Origin: Candidatus Omnitrophota bacterium
GTDB taxonomy: Bacteria > Omnitrophota > Omnitrophia > Omnitrophales > Aquincolibacteriaceae
Length of the DNA: 64,000 nucleotides
Assembly: GCA_043803685.1 (NCBI GenBank)
Contig: JAZDJU010000079.1
Span: 1-64,000, forward strand
Direction: 5' to 3'
Shown here: positions 19,439-29,788 of the stretch, in pieces
How the letters are laid out: the number at the start of each line of letters is the position of its first letter
Position numbering within the stretch: the stretch's first letter is position 1
Made by a program: the position numbers and the translations under genes
Notes under the pieces: model-generated
Databases searched by the model: none
Told to the model about the DNA's origin: nothing
What the model saw: only the letters and a program-made list of their open reading frames with translations

Positions 19439-21531
19439 AAGTGATGCAGCTTTTGCCGGCGCTTGAGCTCGGCGGGACGGAACGCGGCGTGGTGGATCTC
19501 GCGCGAGCCATGAAAAAAGAAGGGCACGCGACTCTTGTAGTTTCGTCCGGGGGATCCCTCGTGGCCGAGTTGCAAAAGATCGGGATTCCGCACTACGGAT
19601 TGCCTGTCCACCAGAAGTCTTTGGCGGGATTGTTCCTGGTCGAGGAGCTTGTGAAGATCATCCAGCGGGAGCGCGTGGATATCGTCCACGCCCGGAGCCG
19701 TGTTCCAGCCTGGCTTGGGTGGCTCGCGGCCCGCAAGGCCGGTATCCCGTTCGTTACGACCTGTCACGGGCATTATTCCGTCCATCCGATGAGTTTTGTG
19801 ATGGGGTGGGGGAAGCGGGTGATCGTGGCGTCCCACGCGATCGGCCGCAGAATGATCGACGAGTTCAATGTTCCGCCCGACAGGATCCGGTTGATCCCGA
19901 GGGGTGTCGATCTCTCGCAATTTACCTTCTCTTTCGCGAAGTTTGAAAAACATCCGGGACCCATGCGGATCATCCACATCGGAAGGTTCTCTCCGGCCAA
20001 GGGCCAGGTGGAATTCCTCAAGGCGATCCACCTTTTGCGCAGCCGGCTTTCACATTTTGAGGTGTGGATCGTGGGTTCCGAAGGTCGCGGCAAGCATCGT
20101 TACACGGACCTGATGAAAAAGACGGTGCAGCAATTCGGTCTCGAAACTTGCGTCAAGATCCTTCCGCCGACGCGCGATGTCGCGGGCCTTTTAGCCGGAT
20201 CCGATCTCTTGGTGCTTTCCTCCCTTATTCCGGAGCCTTTTGGCCGCGTGATCATTGAAGCGGGCGCTGTGGGGACCCCGGTGGCTGCGACCTGGCTCGG
20301 AGGCGTGCCGGATATCATCGATCACAATGAGAACGGCCTTCTTTTCCCTCCGAGGAACATTCCCGCGATGGCCGAGGCCATGTACGAGCTTTTGACGGAC
20401 AGGGACAAGGCCAAAGCGTTTGCCGTGAAATTGCGGAAGAAGGTCGAAGAGAAATTCAATCTGGAACAGATGGTCAAGAAAACGCTCGAGGTTTATCAGG
20501 AAGTCCGCAAGCGGCGGAAAATCCTTGTGATCAAGCTCGGGGCGATGGGGGACCTGATCCTGGTCGTGCCGAGCCTCCGGATGCTGAAGGAACGTTTTCC
20601 GGACGCTTCGATCACGCTCTTAGTCGACCGCAAGCTCGCGCCGATCGTGTCCGCCTGTCCTTATCTGGATGATATGATTCTGGTGGACCGGAAAAAACTT
20701 TCGAATATTCTCTATCTGCTGAAGACCGCGCGCCGCGTCCGCCGGGAAGGTTTTGATATGTCCGTCGATCTTCATAACAATAAATGGACGCATCTTCTGG
20801 CGTATCTTGGAGGCGCGGTCCAGCGGTTCGGTTTCGCGCGCGGGAAGTGGGGATTTCTTCTTAATCGCCCCGACCGGACCTTTGAGGTCGCGGATTCACC
20901 TCTTCGCCATCAGTTCCGGGTCTTGTCGAGGGCCGGGGTGGTCAAATTCGATGATGTTCTGGAACTTTGGCCGAAGCCCGAGAGTCTTGAAAAAGCGGGC
21001 GAGATGATCCGCACGCTCGAACCCAAAGAGTCCACGCGGATCATCGGATTCATCATGGGGTCCAGTCCTAACTGGCCGAGCAAACGCTGGCCCGCGGAGC
21101 AATTTGTCGCTCTCGCGAAGCGGTTCTTTGAAAAATACGACGCACGGATCGTCCTGATCGGCGCGCCGGAAGAAACGGACCTCGGCCGGCCTTTTTATTC
21201 TTTTGGGTCCGGCAAGGTCCTCGATCTTATCGGTAAGACCGCGCTCGAGGAACTCCCGGCCTTTTTCAAACAGCTCCATCTGGTCGTGACGGGAGATACC
21301 GCGCCGCTCCATATGGCCGCCGCCATGAACGTTCCGATCGTTGCACTTTTCGGCCCGACGGACGCCAAGCGTCATGTGCCTCCCGGGAAAAAGATCGATG
21401 TTCTTTCGCACCATATGCCGTGCCAGCCTTGTTACGAAGGGATCTGCAAGGCTAAGGAAAAGATGGCTTGTCTCACGCGCATCTCCGTGGAAGAGGTGTT
21501 TGAGCGCTGCCAACGGGCACTTACTTCATGA
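19435..21531 (+). CDS. Fusion: GT4 glycosyltransferase plus GT9 heptosyltransferase-like domain
   Basis: LPALELGGTERG, HARSRVPAW, EPFGRVIIEA; then KLGAMGDL, SKRWP, GDTAPLHMAAA, LFGPT. Confidence 0.9.
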   Translation: MKVMQLLPALELGGTERGVVDLARAMKKEGHATLVVSSGGSLVAELQKIGIPHYGLPVHQKSLAGLFLVEELVKIIQRERVDIVHARSRVPAWLGWLAARKAGIPFVTTCHGHYSVHPMSFVMGWGKRVIVASHAIGRRMIDEFNVPPDRIRLIPRGVDLSQFTFSFAKFEKHPGPMRIIHIGRFSPAKGQVEFLKAIHLLRSRLSHFEVWIVGSEGRGKHRYTDLMKKTVQQFGLETCVKILPPTRDVAGLLAGSDLLVLSSLIPEPFGRVIIEAGAVGTPVAATWLGGVPDIIDHNENGLLFPPRNIPAMAEAMYELLTDRDKAKAFAVKLRKKVEEKFNLEQMVKKTLEVYQEVRKRRKILVIKLGAMGDLILVVPSLRMLKERFPDASITLLVDRKLAPIVSACPYLDDMILVDRKKLSNILYLLKTARRVRREGFDMSVDLHNNKWTHLLAYLGGAVQRFGFARGKWGFLLNRPDRTFEVADSPLRHQFRVLSRAGVVKFDDVLELWPKPESLEKAGEMIRTLEPKESTRIIGFIMGSSPNWPSKRWPAEQFVALAKRFFEKYDARIVLIGAPEETDLGRPFYSFGSGKVLDLIGKTALEELPAFFKQLHLVVTGDTAPLHMAAAMNVPIVALFGPTDAKRHVPPGKKIDVLSHHMPCQPCYEGICKAKEKMACLTRISVEEVFERCQRALTS

Positions 21532-22550
21532 AGATTCTTGCGGTGATGAAAAATTGGCTCGGGGACCTGCTTTTTCAGATGCCGGCGCTCGACCTGATCC
21601 ATCAAAAATATCCCGGCGCTTCGATCACTTGCATCGCGCCCGAACGGTGCCGGGAGATCCTGGAAGCTCATCCGGCGGTTTCGGCATTCATTCCTTTTGA
21701 CGAAAAGAGCACGCACCGTTCCTGGCTTTCGAGGATGCGCTTCATTCTGGACTTGAAGCGACGCGGGCCTTGGGACCAGGGTTATCTTTTTCACCGCTCG
21801 CGCTCGCGCGCGATCTTTCTTGCGTTTGCCGGTGTGAAAGAACGCATCGGCTACGGAAAAGGGAGAAAAGGATTTCTGTCGCTCGCGGTTGAAGAACCAA
21901 CGCGTACGATGCACCAGGTGGATTATTTTTTTTCCATGATGGAAGGGGCCGGATTTGTGCTTCCCGCGGAAAGAGAGTACCGGTTCTTTTATAAAGAAGA
22001 GGATGATCGTTCCGCGCTGGAGGTTCTCGAGCGTCACGGGATCGAAAAGAACGCGAAATATATCGGCTTCCATCTGGGCGCGAACTGGGAGCCCAAGCGA
22101 TGGCCTGCCGCGCATTTCGCCACGCTCGCGGACATGATCAGTGAGAAGTGGAAGCTTCCGGTCGTTGTGACCGGTTCCAGGAATGACGAGCCGCTTCTTA
22201 AAGAATTTCTCGCGAATGTCCGGCGGGCGAAGATCGTTCCTCTGGTCGGGCAAACGGGGTTGCGTGTTTCCGCTGCCGTTTACAAACATGCCGCGTGTCT
22301 TGTGACAGGCGACTCCGGCCCCATGCATATCGCCTCAGGCGTTGGGGCGCCGGTCGTGGCTCTCTTTGGCCCCACGGATCCGAAACTCACCGGACCGCGC
22401 GGGAGCGGTGAAAGCATCGTGTTAGAGTATGTTCCCCAAGGCTACAAGGTTCCTTTTTTTGGCAAGGAGCTCCCGGCAGAAGGCTGGCTCTTGCGTATCA
22501 CACCGGAAGAGGTTCTGGATGCGGTCGAAAGGATCTTGAGAAAAGCATGA
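21528..22550 (+). CDS. waaF: LPS heptosyltransferase II-like (GT9)
   Basis: NWLGD, PKRWP, GDSGPMHIA, LFGPTDPKLTGP. Confidence 0.75.
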   Translation: MKILAVMKNWLGDLLFQMPALDLIHQKYPGASITCIAPERCREILEAHPAVSAFIPFDEKSTHRSWLSRMRFILDLKRRGPWDQGYLFHRSRSRAIFLAFAGVKERIGYGKGRKGFLSLAVEEPTRTMHQVDYFFSMMEGAGFVLPAEREYRFFYKEEDDRSALEVLERHGIEKNAKYIGFHLGANWEPKRWPAAHFATLADMISEKWKLPVVVTGSRNDEPLLKEFLANVRRAKIVPLVGQTGLRVSAAVYKHAACLVTGDSGPMHIASGVGAPVVALFGPTDPKLTGPRGSGESIVLEYVPQGYKVPFFGKELPAEGWLLRITPEEVLDAVERILRKA

Positions 22551-23509
22551 ACATTCTTGTCGTGACGCTTAGCAATTTTGGTGACGTTATATTAACAACT
22601 CCGGTGATCATGGCGCTTGTCCGGAAATATCCGAAGGCGCGGATCACGGTGGTGGTGGGGCCGCGCGCGAGGAGCGTTCTGCAGAGCAGCCCTGAGATCC
22701 ATAAGATCGTGATCTATGACAAGAGGGCCCCTTTCCGGGAAAAACTGAAATTCATTGCGGAACTTCGCAAAGCGAAATATGACCTCGTCGTCGACCTGCG
22801 CAACACCGCGATCCCGTTCCTCGTCTCCTGCAAGAAAAGGACGCCTCTTTTCAGGAAATTCACCAAGGTCAACATGAGGGACCGGCATCTTGAGATGCTC
22901 GCGACCGTGGAGGGGGATAGCCCCCTTATGTCTCCGTTCCATTTTTCTAATCAGGCGGATGAGACCTTTGCATTGCGCGTTTTGGAGACGGCGGGGATCC
23001 GCGAAAAGAGCGGATGGATCCTGGCGGCGCCGGGAGCGGCGAGCGAAAGAAAGCGATGGCCCGTCCAGCATTTTAAGGAAGTGATCCGCGTGCTTCATCA
23101 AAAGACAGGCAAAAAAGTCTTGCTGGTCGGAACGCTTGACGAAAGGCCGGTCGCCGACAGTATCCTTGCGGAACTTCCGGGGATCGTTGGAGTGCTGTGC
23201 GGCGATCTCGTCCTGCCGGAAACGGCGGCGCTTATTGCGAAAGCGTCGCTTGTGATCGCCAATGACAGCGCGATCATGCATCTGGGATTTGAACTGGGAA
23301 CGCCGACCGTCGGGATTTTCGGGCCGACGGACCACGAGAAGTACGGGCACGAGGGGGCGAAATTCCGTATCGCGCGGGGGGATTCTCAGAATTGTGCCTG
23401 TGGGTCCGACCAATTGCCGCGGGCCGAACGAAGCTGTTTTCACGGGCTCGAACCCGAAAAAGTGATCCGGCTCTCTCTGGAGCTTCTGAATGCCGCTCAA
23501 ACTTCCTGA
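22547..23509 (+). CDS. GT9 glycosyltransferase
   Basis: LSNFGDVILTTP, KRWP, NDSAIMH, IFGPT. Confidence 0.9.
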   Translation: MNILVVTLSNFGDVILTTPVIMALVRKYPKARITVVVGPRARSVLQSSPEIHKIVIYDKRAPFREKLKFIAELRKAKYDLVVDLRNTAIPFLVSCKKRTPLFRKFTKVNMRDRHLEMLATVEGDSPLMSPFHFSNQADETFALRVLETAGIREKSGWILAAPGAASERKRWPVQHFKEVIRVLHQKTGKKVLLVGTLDERPVADSILAELPGIVGVLCGDLVLPETAALIAKASLVIANDSAIMHLGFELGTPTVGIFGPTDHEKYGHEGAKFRIARGDSQNCACGSDQLPRAERSCFHGLEPEKVIRLSLELLNAAQTS

Positions 23510-25733
23510 AACTCCGCGCATTCTTGTTACCCGCACCGACCGTATCGGGGACCTGGTGCTCACGACGCCTCTTTTCAGGGCCTTGCGTGAAAAATTCCCG
23601 AAGGCCTGGATCGCGGCGGTGGTGTTCCTTGAACATCGCGAGATCGTGGAAGGTAATCCCTATCTGGATGAAGTGATCCTCTATGACAAGACGGGGAATG
23701 AACGTGGTCTTTTGGGACAGTTCCTTTTCAGCCGGAAACTCCGGAGCAAGAAATTCGATGTGGTGATCCACGCCCACGGCACGAACCGGATGCATCTTGC
23801 CGCATGGCTTGCGGGAATTCCCAAGCGCATCGGCTACGGGCGTCGCGCGTCCTGGGCCCTGACGCATGTTCATCCTTATAACAAAAAAGAGGGCCAAAAA
23901 CAGGAAGCCGAATATCTTTTTGATCTCTTAAGCTTTTTGGATGTGAAGGCTCCTTCCAGGATCGCACCCTTTTTCCCCGTGACCGACCGGTCTGTTCGTT
24001 CCTTCGAAAATCTTCGTCTTTTTCATAAGATCCCGGTCGATCTCCCCTGGATCGTTCTGAACCTCTCGGCGAGCGATGTCACCAAGATGTGGCCGGTGGA
24101 GCGTTTCGCCGAACTTGTGACCCGGATGCGGAAAGATCATTCCTGTGTGTTTCTTGCGATCGGCGTCTCTGCGGACAGACCCCTTATCCAAAAGCTAACC
24201 CAACACACATCGGTACCGGTCTTCGATCTGAGCGGAAGGCTTTCGCTCGGAATGTTGGGCGCGCTTCTCAAGAGATCGGCTCTGCTTATTTCCAATGATT
24301 CCGGGCCTGTCCATATCGCGAACGCAGTGGAAACGCCCGTAGTTTCCATTTTTGGAAGATATGGCGCGGGACTTGGGCCCGAACGATGGCGGCCGCTCGG
24401 AGACCGTTCACGCGTGGTTGCGAAGGATGTTTCCCATATTCCGGAGTCTGAGCGCAAGTTTACTTATATTGATGAGATCGCGGTGGAGGATGTCTTAGCG
24501 GCCGCAAATGATCTGCTCGGAAGTAGCGGCACGCATTCATGTGAAGGGGAAAGTCCTGAAAAACGGAGGGCGGAGGGCGGAGGGAGGATGGAGCAAACCG
24601 TTTCACGCCATCCGCCATCCGCCATCCCTCATCCCGCCAAAATTCGAAGAATTTTGATCGTTCACCCTTACGGGATCGGGGACCTTCTTTTCGTGACGCC
24701 TGTGATGCGCGCGCTTCGTCTCATCCCGACGGTCGAGACGGTCGACCTTCTCTTGGGGTCCCGCACCCGGGAGGTTGTGGAGAACAATCCTCATATCAAC
24801 GATATCTTTGTAGCGGATAAAGACAAGGCCCATCGTCAGACCCGGCTTGAAAATTTTCGCGACTTCTGGGAGCTTGGCCGGAAACTCCGGGCCAAGCGCT
24901 ATGACCTGATCCTGGATTATTCGCTGCGTCGCGAGCACGCTTTTTTCGGGCGGTTCCTTCTCGGGATCCCGAAGTGCGCGGGGTTCGCGTATAAGAAACG
25001 CGCGACGTTCCATAATATCCGCTTTCCGCTTCCCGAGGCTTTCTGGAAACGGCATGTGGTGGATTTTTACTGCGATCTCGCGGAAGCGGCCGGGATCCCC
25101 GTTGAGGATCGTTTTCTCGAATATTGTTTCCCGAAGACGGTCTCCTTGATCGAAGCGGAGGTTGCCGGAAAGCTGAAACTTCTGCCCGAACGTTTTCTCG
25201 CGGTCGCTCCCGGTGGCGGGGATTCGTGGGGGAAAGAGGCTTCCTTCAAGCGGTGGCCCGCGAAGTATTTCGCAGAACTGATTAAGAAGCTTCAGGAAGA
25301 AAAAGGCATTCATGGGGTTGCTATTTTGGGGAGTCGCTCCGAGCGAGCGCTGTGCGAAGAGTTCCAGTCAATGATCAAACCGCCCTCGGTCGTGTTGGCA
25401 GGAGAAACGAGTCTTTCGCAGACCGCGATGGTTCTCAAAAAATCCGTATTGTTTGTCGGTAATGACGGGGGGCTGGTGCATCTGGCGCACGCGCTGCACG
25501 TGCCGCTCATTGCGTTCTACGGACCCGTGCCGCCCGAGGTGTATGGACCCTATCCGTCGTCACCCGAGGCCGTCGCCGTTTTCAAGCAAAGCTTGGAGTG
25601 CCGTCCCTGCTATTACAAATTTCGATACAACAAAGAGTGTAAGACCATCGCGTGTCTTAATGATCTGAATCCGGAAGAAGCCTTCGAACAAATAAGGGGT
25701 CAGACCCCGTTTAATGAAAAGAGGTTGTCGTGA
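23490..25733 (+). CDS. Tandem double GT9 glycosyltransferase
   Basis: Two GT9 modules (RTDRIGD...NDSGPVH; PYGIGD...NDGGLVH) joined by a repeat-derived linker. Confidence 0.88.
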   Translation: MPLKLPETPRILVTRTDRIGDLVLTTPLFRALREKFPKAWIAAVVFLEHREIVEGNPYLDEVILYDKTGNERGLLGQFLFSRKLRSKKFDVVIHAHGTNRMHLAAWLAGIPKRIGYGRRASWALTHVHPYNKKEGQKQEAEYLFDLLSFLDVKAPSRIAPFFPVTDRSVRSFENLRLFHKIPVDLPWIVLNLSASDVTKMWPVERFAELVTRMRKDHSCVFLAIGVSADRPLIQKLTQHTSVPVFDLSGRLSLGMLGALLKRSALLISNDSGPVHIANAVETPVVSIFGRYGAGLGPERWRPLGDRSRVVAKDVSHIPESERKFTYIDEIAVEDVLAAANDLLGSSGTHSCEGESPEKRRAEGGGRMEQTVSRHPPSAIPHPAKIRRILIVHPYGIGDLLFVTPVMRALRLIPTVETVDLLLGSRTREVVENNPHINDIFVADKDKAHRQTRLENFRDFWELGRKLRAKRYDLILDYSLRREHAFFGRFLLGIPKCAGFAYKKRATFHNIRFPLPEAFWKRHVVDFYCDLAEAAGIPVEDRFLEYCFPKTVSLIEAEVAGKLKLLPERFLAVAPGGGDSWGKEASFKRWPAKYFAELIKKLQEEKGIHGVAILGSRSERALCEEFQSMIKPPSVVLAGETSLSQTAMVLKKSVLFVGNDGGLVHLAHALHVPLIAFYGPVPPEVYGPYPSSPEAVAVFKQSLECRPCYYKFRYNKECKTIACLNDLNPEEAFEQIRGQTPFNEKRLS
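24564..24635. repeat. In-frame inverted 7-mer array (CGGAGGG x3, AGGATGG / CCATCCG x2, CCATCCC, TCATCCC)
   Basis: Period-7 purine-rich array followed by a complementary array, inside the GT9-GT9 linker. Confidence 0.85.
25696..25708. repeat. REP-like palindrome GGGGTCAGACCCC at the 3' end of the GT9 gene
   Basis: Reverse complement of the core at 8780-8792. Confidence 0.6.
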
Positions 25734-26494
25734 AACGCAAGATCATCGAGATCGACCGGGAAAAATGCAACGGGTGCGGGCTTTGCACGAAGGCTTGCGC
25801 GGAAGGCGCGTTGGTCCTGGATAAAGACAACAAGGCCGTGCTTGTCAAAGAGATCTTTTGTGACGGGATGGGCGCTTGTCTGGATGTTTGTCCCGTTGAC
25901 GCGCTCAAGATCATTGAAAGGGAGAGCGACGGTTATGATCCCAAAGCCGCTTTCGATCATGTGTTGAAGACACAAGGGACTGATGCCGCCAAGAAAGTCC
26001 ACGGGGCCCCCGTACCGCCCAGCGGTGGCACTTTGCCCCATTTCGGGGGATGTCCGGGGACCATGGCTCGCGAGATCAAGCGCGAAGTTTCTGGAACCTC
26101 AGGCAGTCCGGCGGCAGGTTCTGTGGCGTCCGAGCTTAGCCAATGGCCGATCCAGTTACATCTGATCTCTCCGCTTGCGCCTTATTTCAAAGAATGCGAC
26201 CTTCTGATCGCAGCGGACTGTACGGCTTTCACTCTCGGAAGTTTCCATCAAGATATGCTCAAGGGAAAGAAACTTGTGATCGCGTGTCCCAAGCTCGATG
26301 AAACTGAAGGTTATGTCGAGAAGATCGCGGAGCTTCTAAAGCATAATACGGTTTATTCGCTGACAGTGGTGATCATGGAAGTGCCGTGCTGTACCGGTCT
26401 CTTTCGCATGGTTCAGGAGGCGGTTGCGCTTTCCGGTAAGCAGCTTCCGGTCAAAAGGGTCGTGGTCGGTCTCGATGGGGCTATCCTTGTCTGA
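25730..26494 (+). CDS. 4Fe-4S dicluster protein
   Basis: CNGCGLCTKAC and CDGMGACLDVCP; GCPG, QWPIQL, AADC, CPKLD, MEVPCC. Confidence 0.9.
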   Translation: MKRKIIEIDREKCNGCGLCTKACAEGALVLDKDNKAVLVKEIFCDGMGACLDVCPVDALKIIERESDGYDPKAAFDHVLKTQGTDAAKKVHGAPVPPSGGTLPHFGGCPGTMAREIKREVSGTSGSPAAGSVASELSQWPIQLHLISPLAPYFKECDLLIAADCTAFTLGSFHQDMLKGKKLVIACPKLDETEGYVEKIAELLKHNTVYSLTVVIMEVPCCTGLFRMVQEAVALSGKQLPVKRVVVGLDGAILV

Positions 26495-26566
26495 GATTTT
26501 ATTTCCAAAATGGTTGACAAGGATTGCCCCAATCTCAGCTTTGCTTCGATTGATTGGTATTGGGAC
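26476..26566 (-). repeat. Structured intergenic repeat family I, copy E (reverse orientation)
   Basis: 26526-26566 is 36/41 identical to the reverse complement of 47366-47406; hairpin arms 26476-26491 and 26516-26531. Confidence 0.85.
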
Positions 26567-26584
26567 GATAAGGAACTGATCTTC

Positions 26585-27379
26585 ATGAAAAAAGTCGCAG
26601 GGTTAATCTTGGCAGGGGTTCTCCTCCTCGCTCCGTCTCTTGCCGCGAGTGATACGGAAAAGGTTTTTCCGTATGCTGAAAAGCTCGCGGGAAAGATCTT
26701 TCTTGGGGAAAAGATCAAATTCGATATCAGCTACCTCGGTATGACCGTGGGGGAAGCGATCGCTGAGGTGAAAGAGATCGTCAAGGTGAACGGACGCGAT
26801 GCTTATCACATCGAGATCCAGGTCCACTCGCGAGCGATCCTTAATTGGATCTATAAGGTGCGGGACACGCACCACAGCTATATCGACGCTGAGCATTTTC
26901 ATTCCCTTCGTTACGAAAAGAAGATCCAGGAAGGCCGTTACTGGACGGACGAGTCCATGGAATACGATCAGGAGGCGCATATCGGCCGCTTCCATTCCCT
27001 CAAGGACCACAGCCGCAAGGAAATGTTCATCCCCAAGAATGTTCAGGACCAGATCTCTTGTTGTTATTGGCTCCGGCTTCAGGAAATGAAGCCCGATTCC
27101 AAAACCCTGATCCCGGTTAACGCGGATGAAAAGAATTGGGACCTTGAAGTGGTCACGCATGGCATGAAGGAAATGAAAATAGACTCTGTGGGCGTTTTTC
27201 AGGCCGTTGAGGTCGAGCCGGTCATCATGTTCGAAGGTTTTTTTGTACGACGGGGCAAAGTCAGTGGCTGGATCAGCATGGACGAGCGCCGCATCCCGCT
27301 TGTGATGAAGGTCAAAGTCCCCGTTCTCGGGGAAGTCGTTGCCACCCTCGCCCAGTACGAGCCCGGCGCAGCTTCTTGA
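26585..27379 (+). CDS. Secreted DUF3108-like protein
   Basis: Signal peptide MKKVAGLILAGVLLLAPSLA; GEKIKFDISYLG, YKVRD, WISMDERRIPL. Confidence 0.75.
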   Translation: MKKVAGLILAGVLLLAPSLAASDTEKVFPYAEKLAGKIFLGEKIKFDISYLGMTVGEAIAEVKEIVKVNGRDAYHIEIQVHSRAILNWIYKVRDTHHSYIDAEHFHSLRYEKKIQEGRYWTDESMEYDQEAHIGRFHSLKDHSRKEMFIPKNVQDQISCCYWLRLQEMKPDSKTLIPVNADEKNWDLEVVTHGMKEMKIDSVGVFQAVEVEPVIMFEGFFVRRGKVSGWISMDERRIPLVMKVKVPVLGEVVATLAQYEPGAAS

Positions 27380-27517
27380 CCGGTCGTGACGGTACCCGCT
27401 TTTGGGAGAGGCTCTCAAGGGGTCAAGATTTCCACTCGCCAAGTCGTTAGTTGGAGAGCTCAAGATGGCTGGATATTTTGACGCCAAAAAAACAGCCGGA
27501 TCACAAGGAGAAGGTCA

Positions 27518-28019
<502 letters not shown>

Positions 28020-28142
28020 ACGCCGGGAGCATGACTCGGGTTCGTGAAATGAGCGTTGATAGAATGACAGGGTCTGGCTCCTTTTGAAGGGGATTTAATC
28101 AATCTCTCCAAGCCCCAATACCGTTCAGCTAAGAACCGTTCG

Positions 28143-28188
28143 TTACACCCCGGGTGTGTAAAACCAGTTTTACACACCCGGGGTGTAA
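28143..28188. repeat. Perfect palindrome with 22-bp arms (REP doublet-like)
   Basis: TTACACCCCGGGTGTGTAAAAC-CA-GTTTTACACACCCGGGGTGTAA. Confidence 0.92.
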
Positions 28189-28308
28189 AATAGGGTTGAT
28201 GTTGCAAGAGATATGCTCTGAATTAACCCATTCTCTCTTCTTGCCCTCTGTGATAAAATCCGCCCCTGTTGATTCGAATACCGACCTACTTCGATGGAGA
28301 AATATATT

Positions 28309-28593
28309 ATGCCGACTTATGAATACGAATGCGGGGCATGCGGGCACCCGTTCGAAAAGTTCCAGTCCATGACCGATAAGCCCGTCAAGAAGTGTCCGAA
28401 GTGCGGGAAAGCCAAGGCTCAGCGCATCATCTCGGGTGGTTCGGGAGTGCTTTTCAAAGGGAGCGGTTTTTACCAAACCGATTACCGGTCCGCAGGGTAT
28501 AAGGAATCGGCCAAGAAGGATGTTCCCACAAAAGCGGCTCCGGCGGCGTCACCCTGTTCCGGTGATTGCTCGTCCTGCGAGGCCAAGAAGTAG
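28309..28593 (+). CDS. FmdB-family zinc-ribbon protein
   Basis: [29 protein letters not shown]. Confidence 0.92.
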   Translation: MPTYEYECGACGHPFEKFQSMTDKPVKKCPKCGKAKAQRIISGGSGVLFKGSGFYQTDYRSAGYKESAKKDVPTKAAPAASPCSGDCSSCEAKK

Positions 28594-28658
28594 CAAGGTT
28601 TCACCTCGGATTATTTCTAACCCGTTACATCTAAAGGGGTTACCCTTGTTTCCTTTCA

Positions 28659-28687
28659 TTGACACTGGTTCCCTAGGGTGTTAGAAT
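28659..28687 (+). promoter_or_regulatory. Putative sigma70 promoter TTGACA-17-TAGAAT with extended -10 TG
   Basis: Near-perfect consensus upstream of the heptose/Kdo/lpt operon. Confidence 0.75.
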
Positions 28688-28768
28688 GCGCCACGTTATT
28701 TTAAAATATGAACGGACAGGCTGATTTTCCCAAGGAAAAGTAAGCCTGTTTTCTTTTTTGAGGGACCC

Positions 28769-29788
28769 ATGAAGACCCCATCGATGCCTCTAAGCACGCT
28801 TGAAAAAAGACGCTTTCTCGAGATCCTTGAACGGTTCCAGGAAGTTCGCATTCTTGTGATCGGGGATTTCATCCTTGACCAGTTCGTCTGGGGGAGCGTC
28901 AAGCGCATTTCTCCGGAAGCGCCAGTCCCCGTCGTCAGGGTCGAACGGGAGTCCTTCATGCCCGGCGGATCGCTTAATGTCGCTAATAATATCCGTTCTC
29001 TCAAAGGGCAGGTTTTTCCTTGCGGCGTGGTGGGCCGGGATCTTTACGGGCGAGTGCTCCTTCGAGCGATGCGGAAGCAGGGGATCGAAACGGGAGGGAT
29101 CATTTGCGATCCGACGCGTCCCACGTCCCTCAAGACCCGAGTGATCGCGCATTCCCAGCAAGTGGTCCGGTTCGACCGGGAAAACACGGACGATGTTTCC
29201 AAAGCGGATATCCTGAAGATCCTGAAATTTGTCCGCGAGAACATCAAGCGCATGGATGTCGTGATCCTGGAAGATTACGGCAAAGGCGTCATGCAGCCCT
29301 TTCTCTTGAAAGAGATCGTCCGTCTTGCCAAGAAATTCAAGAAGCCCGTTCTCGTGGATCCGAAAGAAAAACATTTTGTCTATTACCGCGGCGTCACCTG
29401 TATCACACCGAATCGCAGCGAAGCCTTTAACGGCTATGAGCGGACGCACGCTTCCTCCTATAAGACGCCCACGCTTGAAGAAGTGGGTTGGGGCCTGATG
29501 AAAAAGTTGGACCTGGAGTCCGTGCTGATCACGCTCGGCGAGGACGGCATGGCGCTTTTCGAAAAAAACAAGAAATTAACCCGGGTTCCCACGGCGGCGC
29601 GTGAAGTTTACGATGTCTCCGGCGCGGGGGATACGGTGATCGCAACGCTCGCGGTCGCGTTGGCGGCGGGCGCGAAGATGCAGGAGGCCGCGAGGATCTC
29701 CAACCTTGCCGCCGGCATCGTGGTCGGGAAACTGGGCACCGCGACGATCGTTCCCGAAGAGCTCGAAGAAGCGATCCGGAAGGCATGA
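28769..29788 (+). CDS. rfaE1: D-glycero-D-manno-heptose-7-phosphate kinase (HldE kinase domain only)
   Basis: GDFILD, RISPEAPVPV, DYGKG, VDPK, TPN, VYDVSGAGDTV, VGKLGTA. Confidence 0.92.
   Translation: MKTPSMPLSTLEKRRFLEILERFQEVRILVIGDFILDQFVWGSVKRISPEAPVPVVRVERESFMPGGSLNVANNIRSLKGQVFPCGVVGRDLYGRVLLRAMRKQGIETGGIICDPTRPTSLKTRVIAHSQQVVRFDRENTDDVSKADILKILKFVRENIKRMDVVILEDYGKGVMQPFLLKEIVRLAKKFKKPVLVDPKEKHFVYYRGVTCITPNRSEAFNGYERTHASSYKTPTLEEVGWGLMKKLDLESVLITLGEDGMALFEKNKKLTRVPTAAREVYDVSGAGDTVIATLAVALAAGAKMQEAARISNLAAGIVVGKLGTATIVPEELEEAIRKA

Noticed and set aside
27380..27517. c-di-GMP riboswitch upstream of the pilin
   Set aside because: Only a short GGCTG/CAGCC stem is present; the conserved class I and class II elements are not recognisable
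28112..28122. GCCCCAATACC resembling the family I scaffold
   Set aside because: Only about 11 nt match and the rest of the layout is missing
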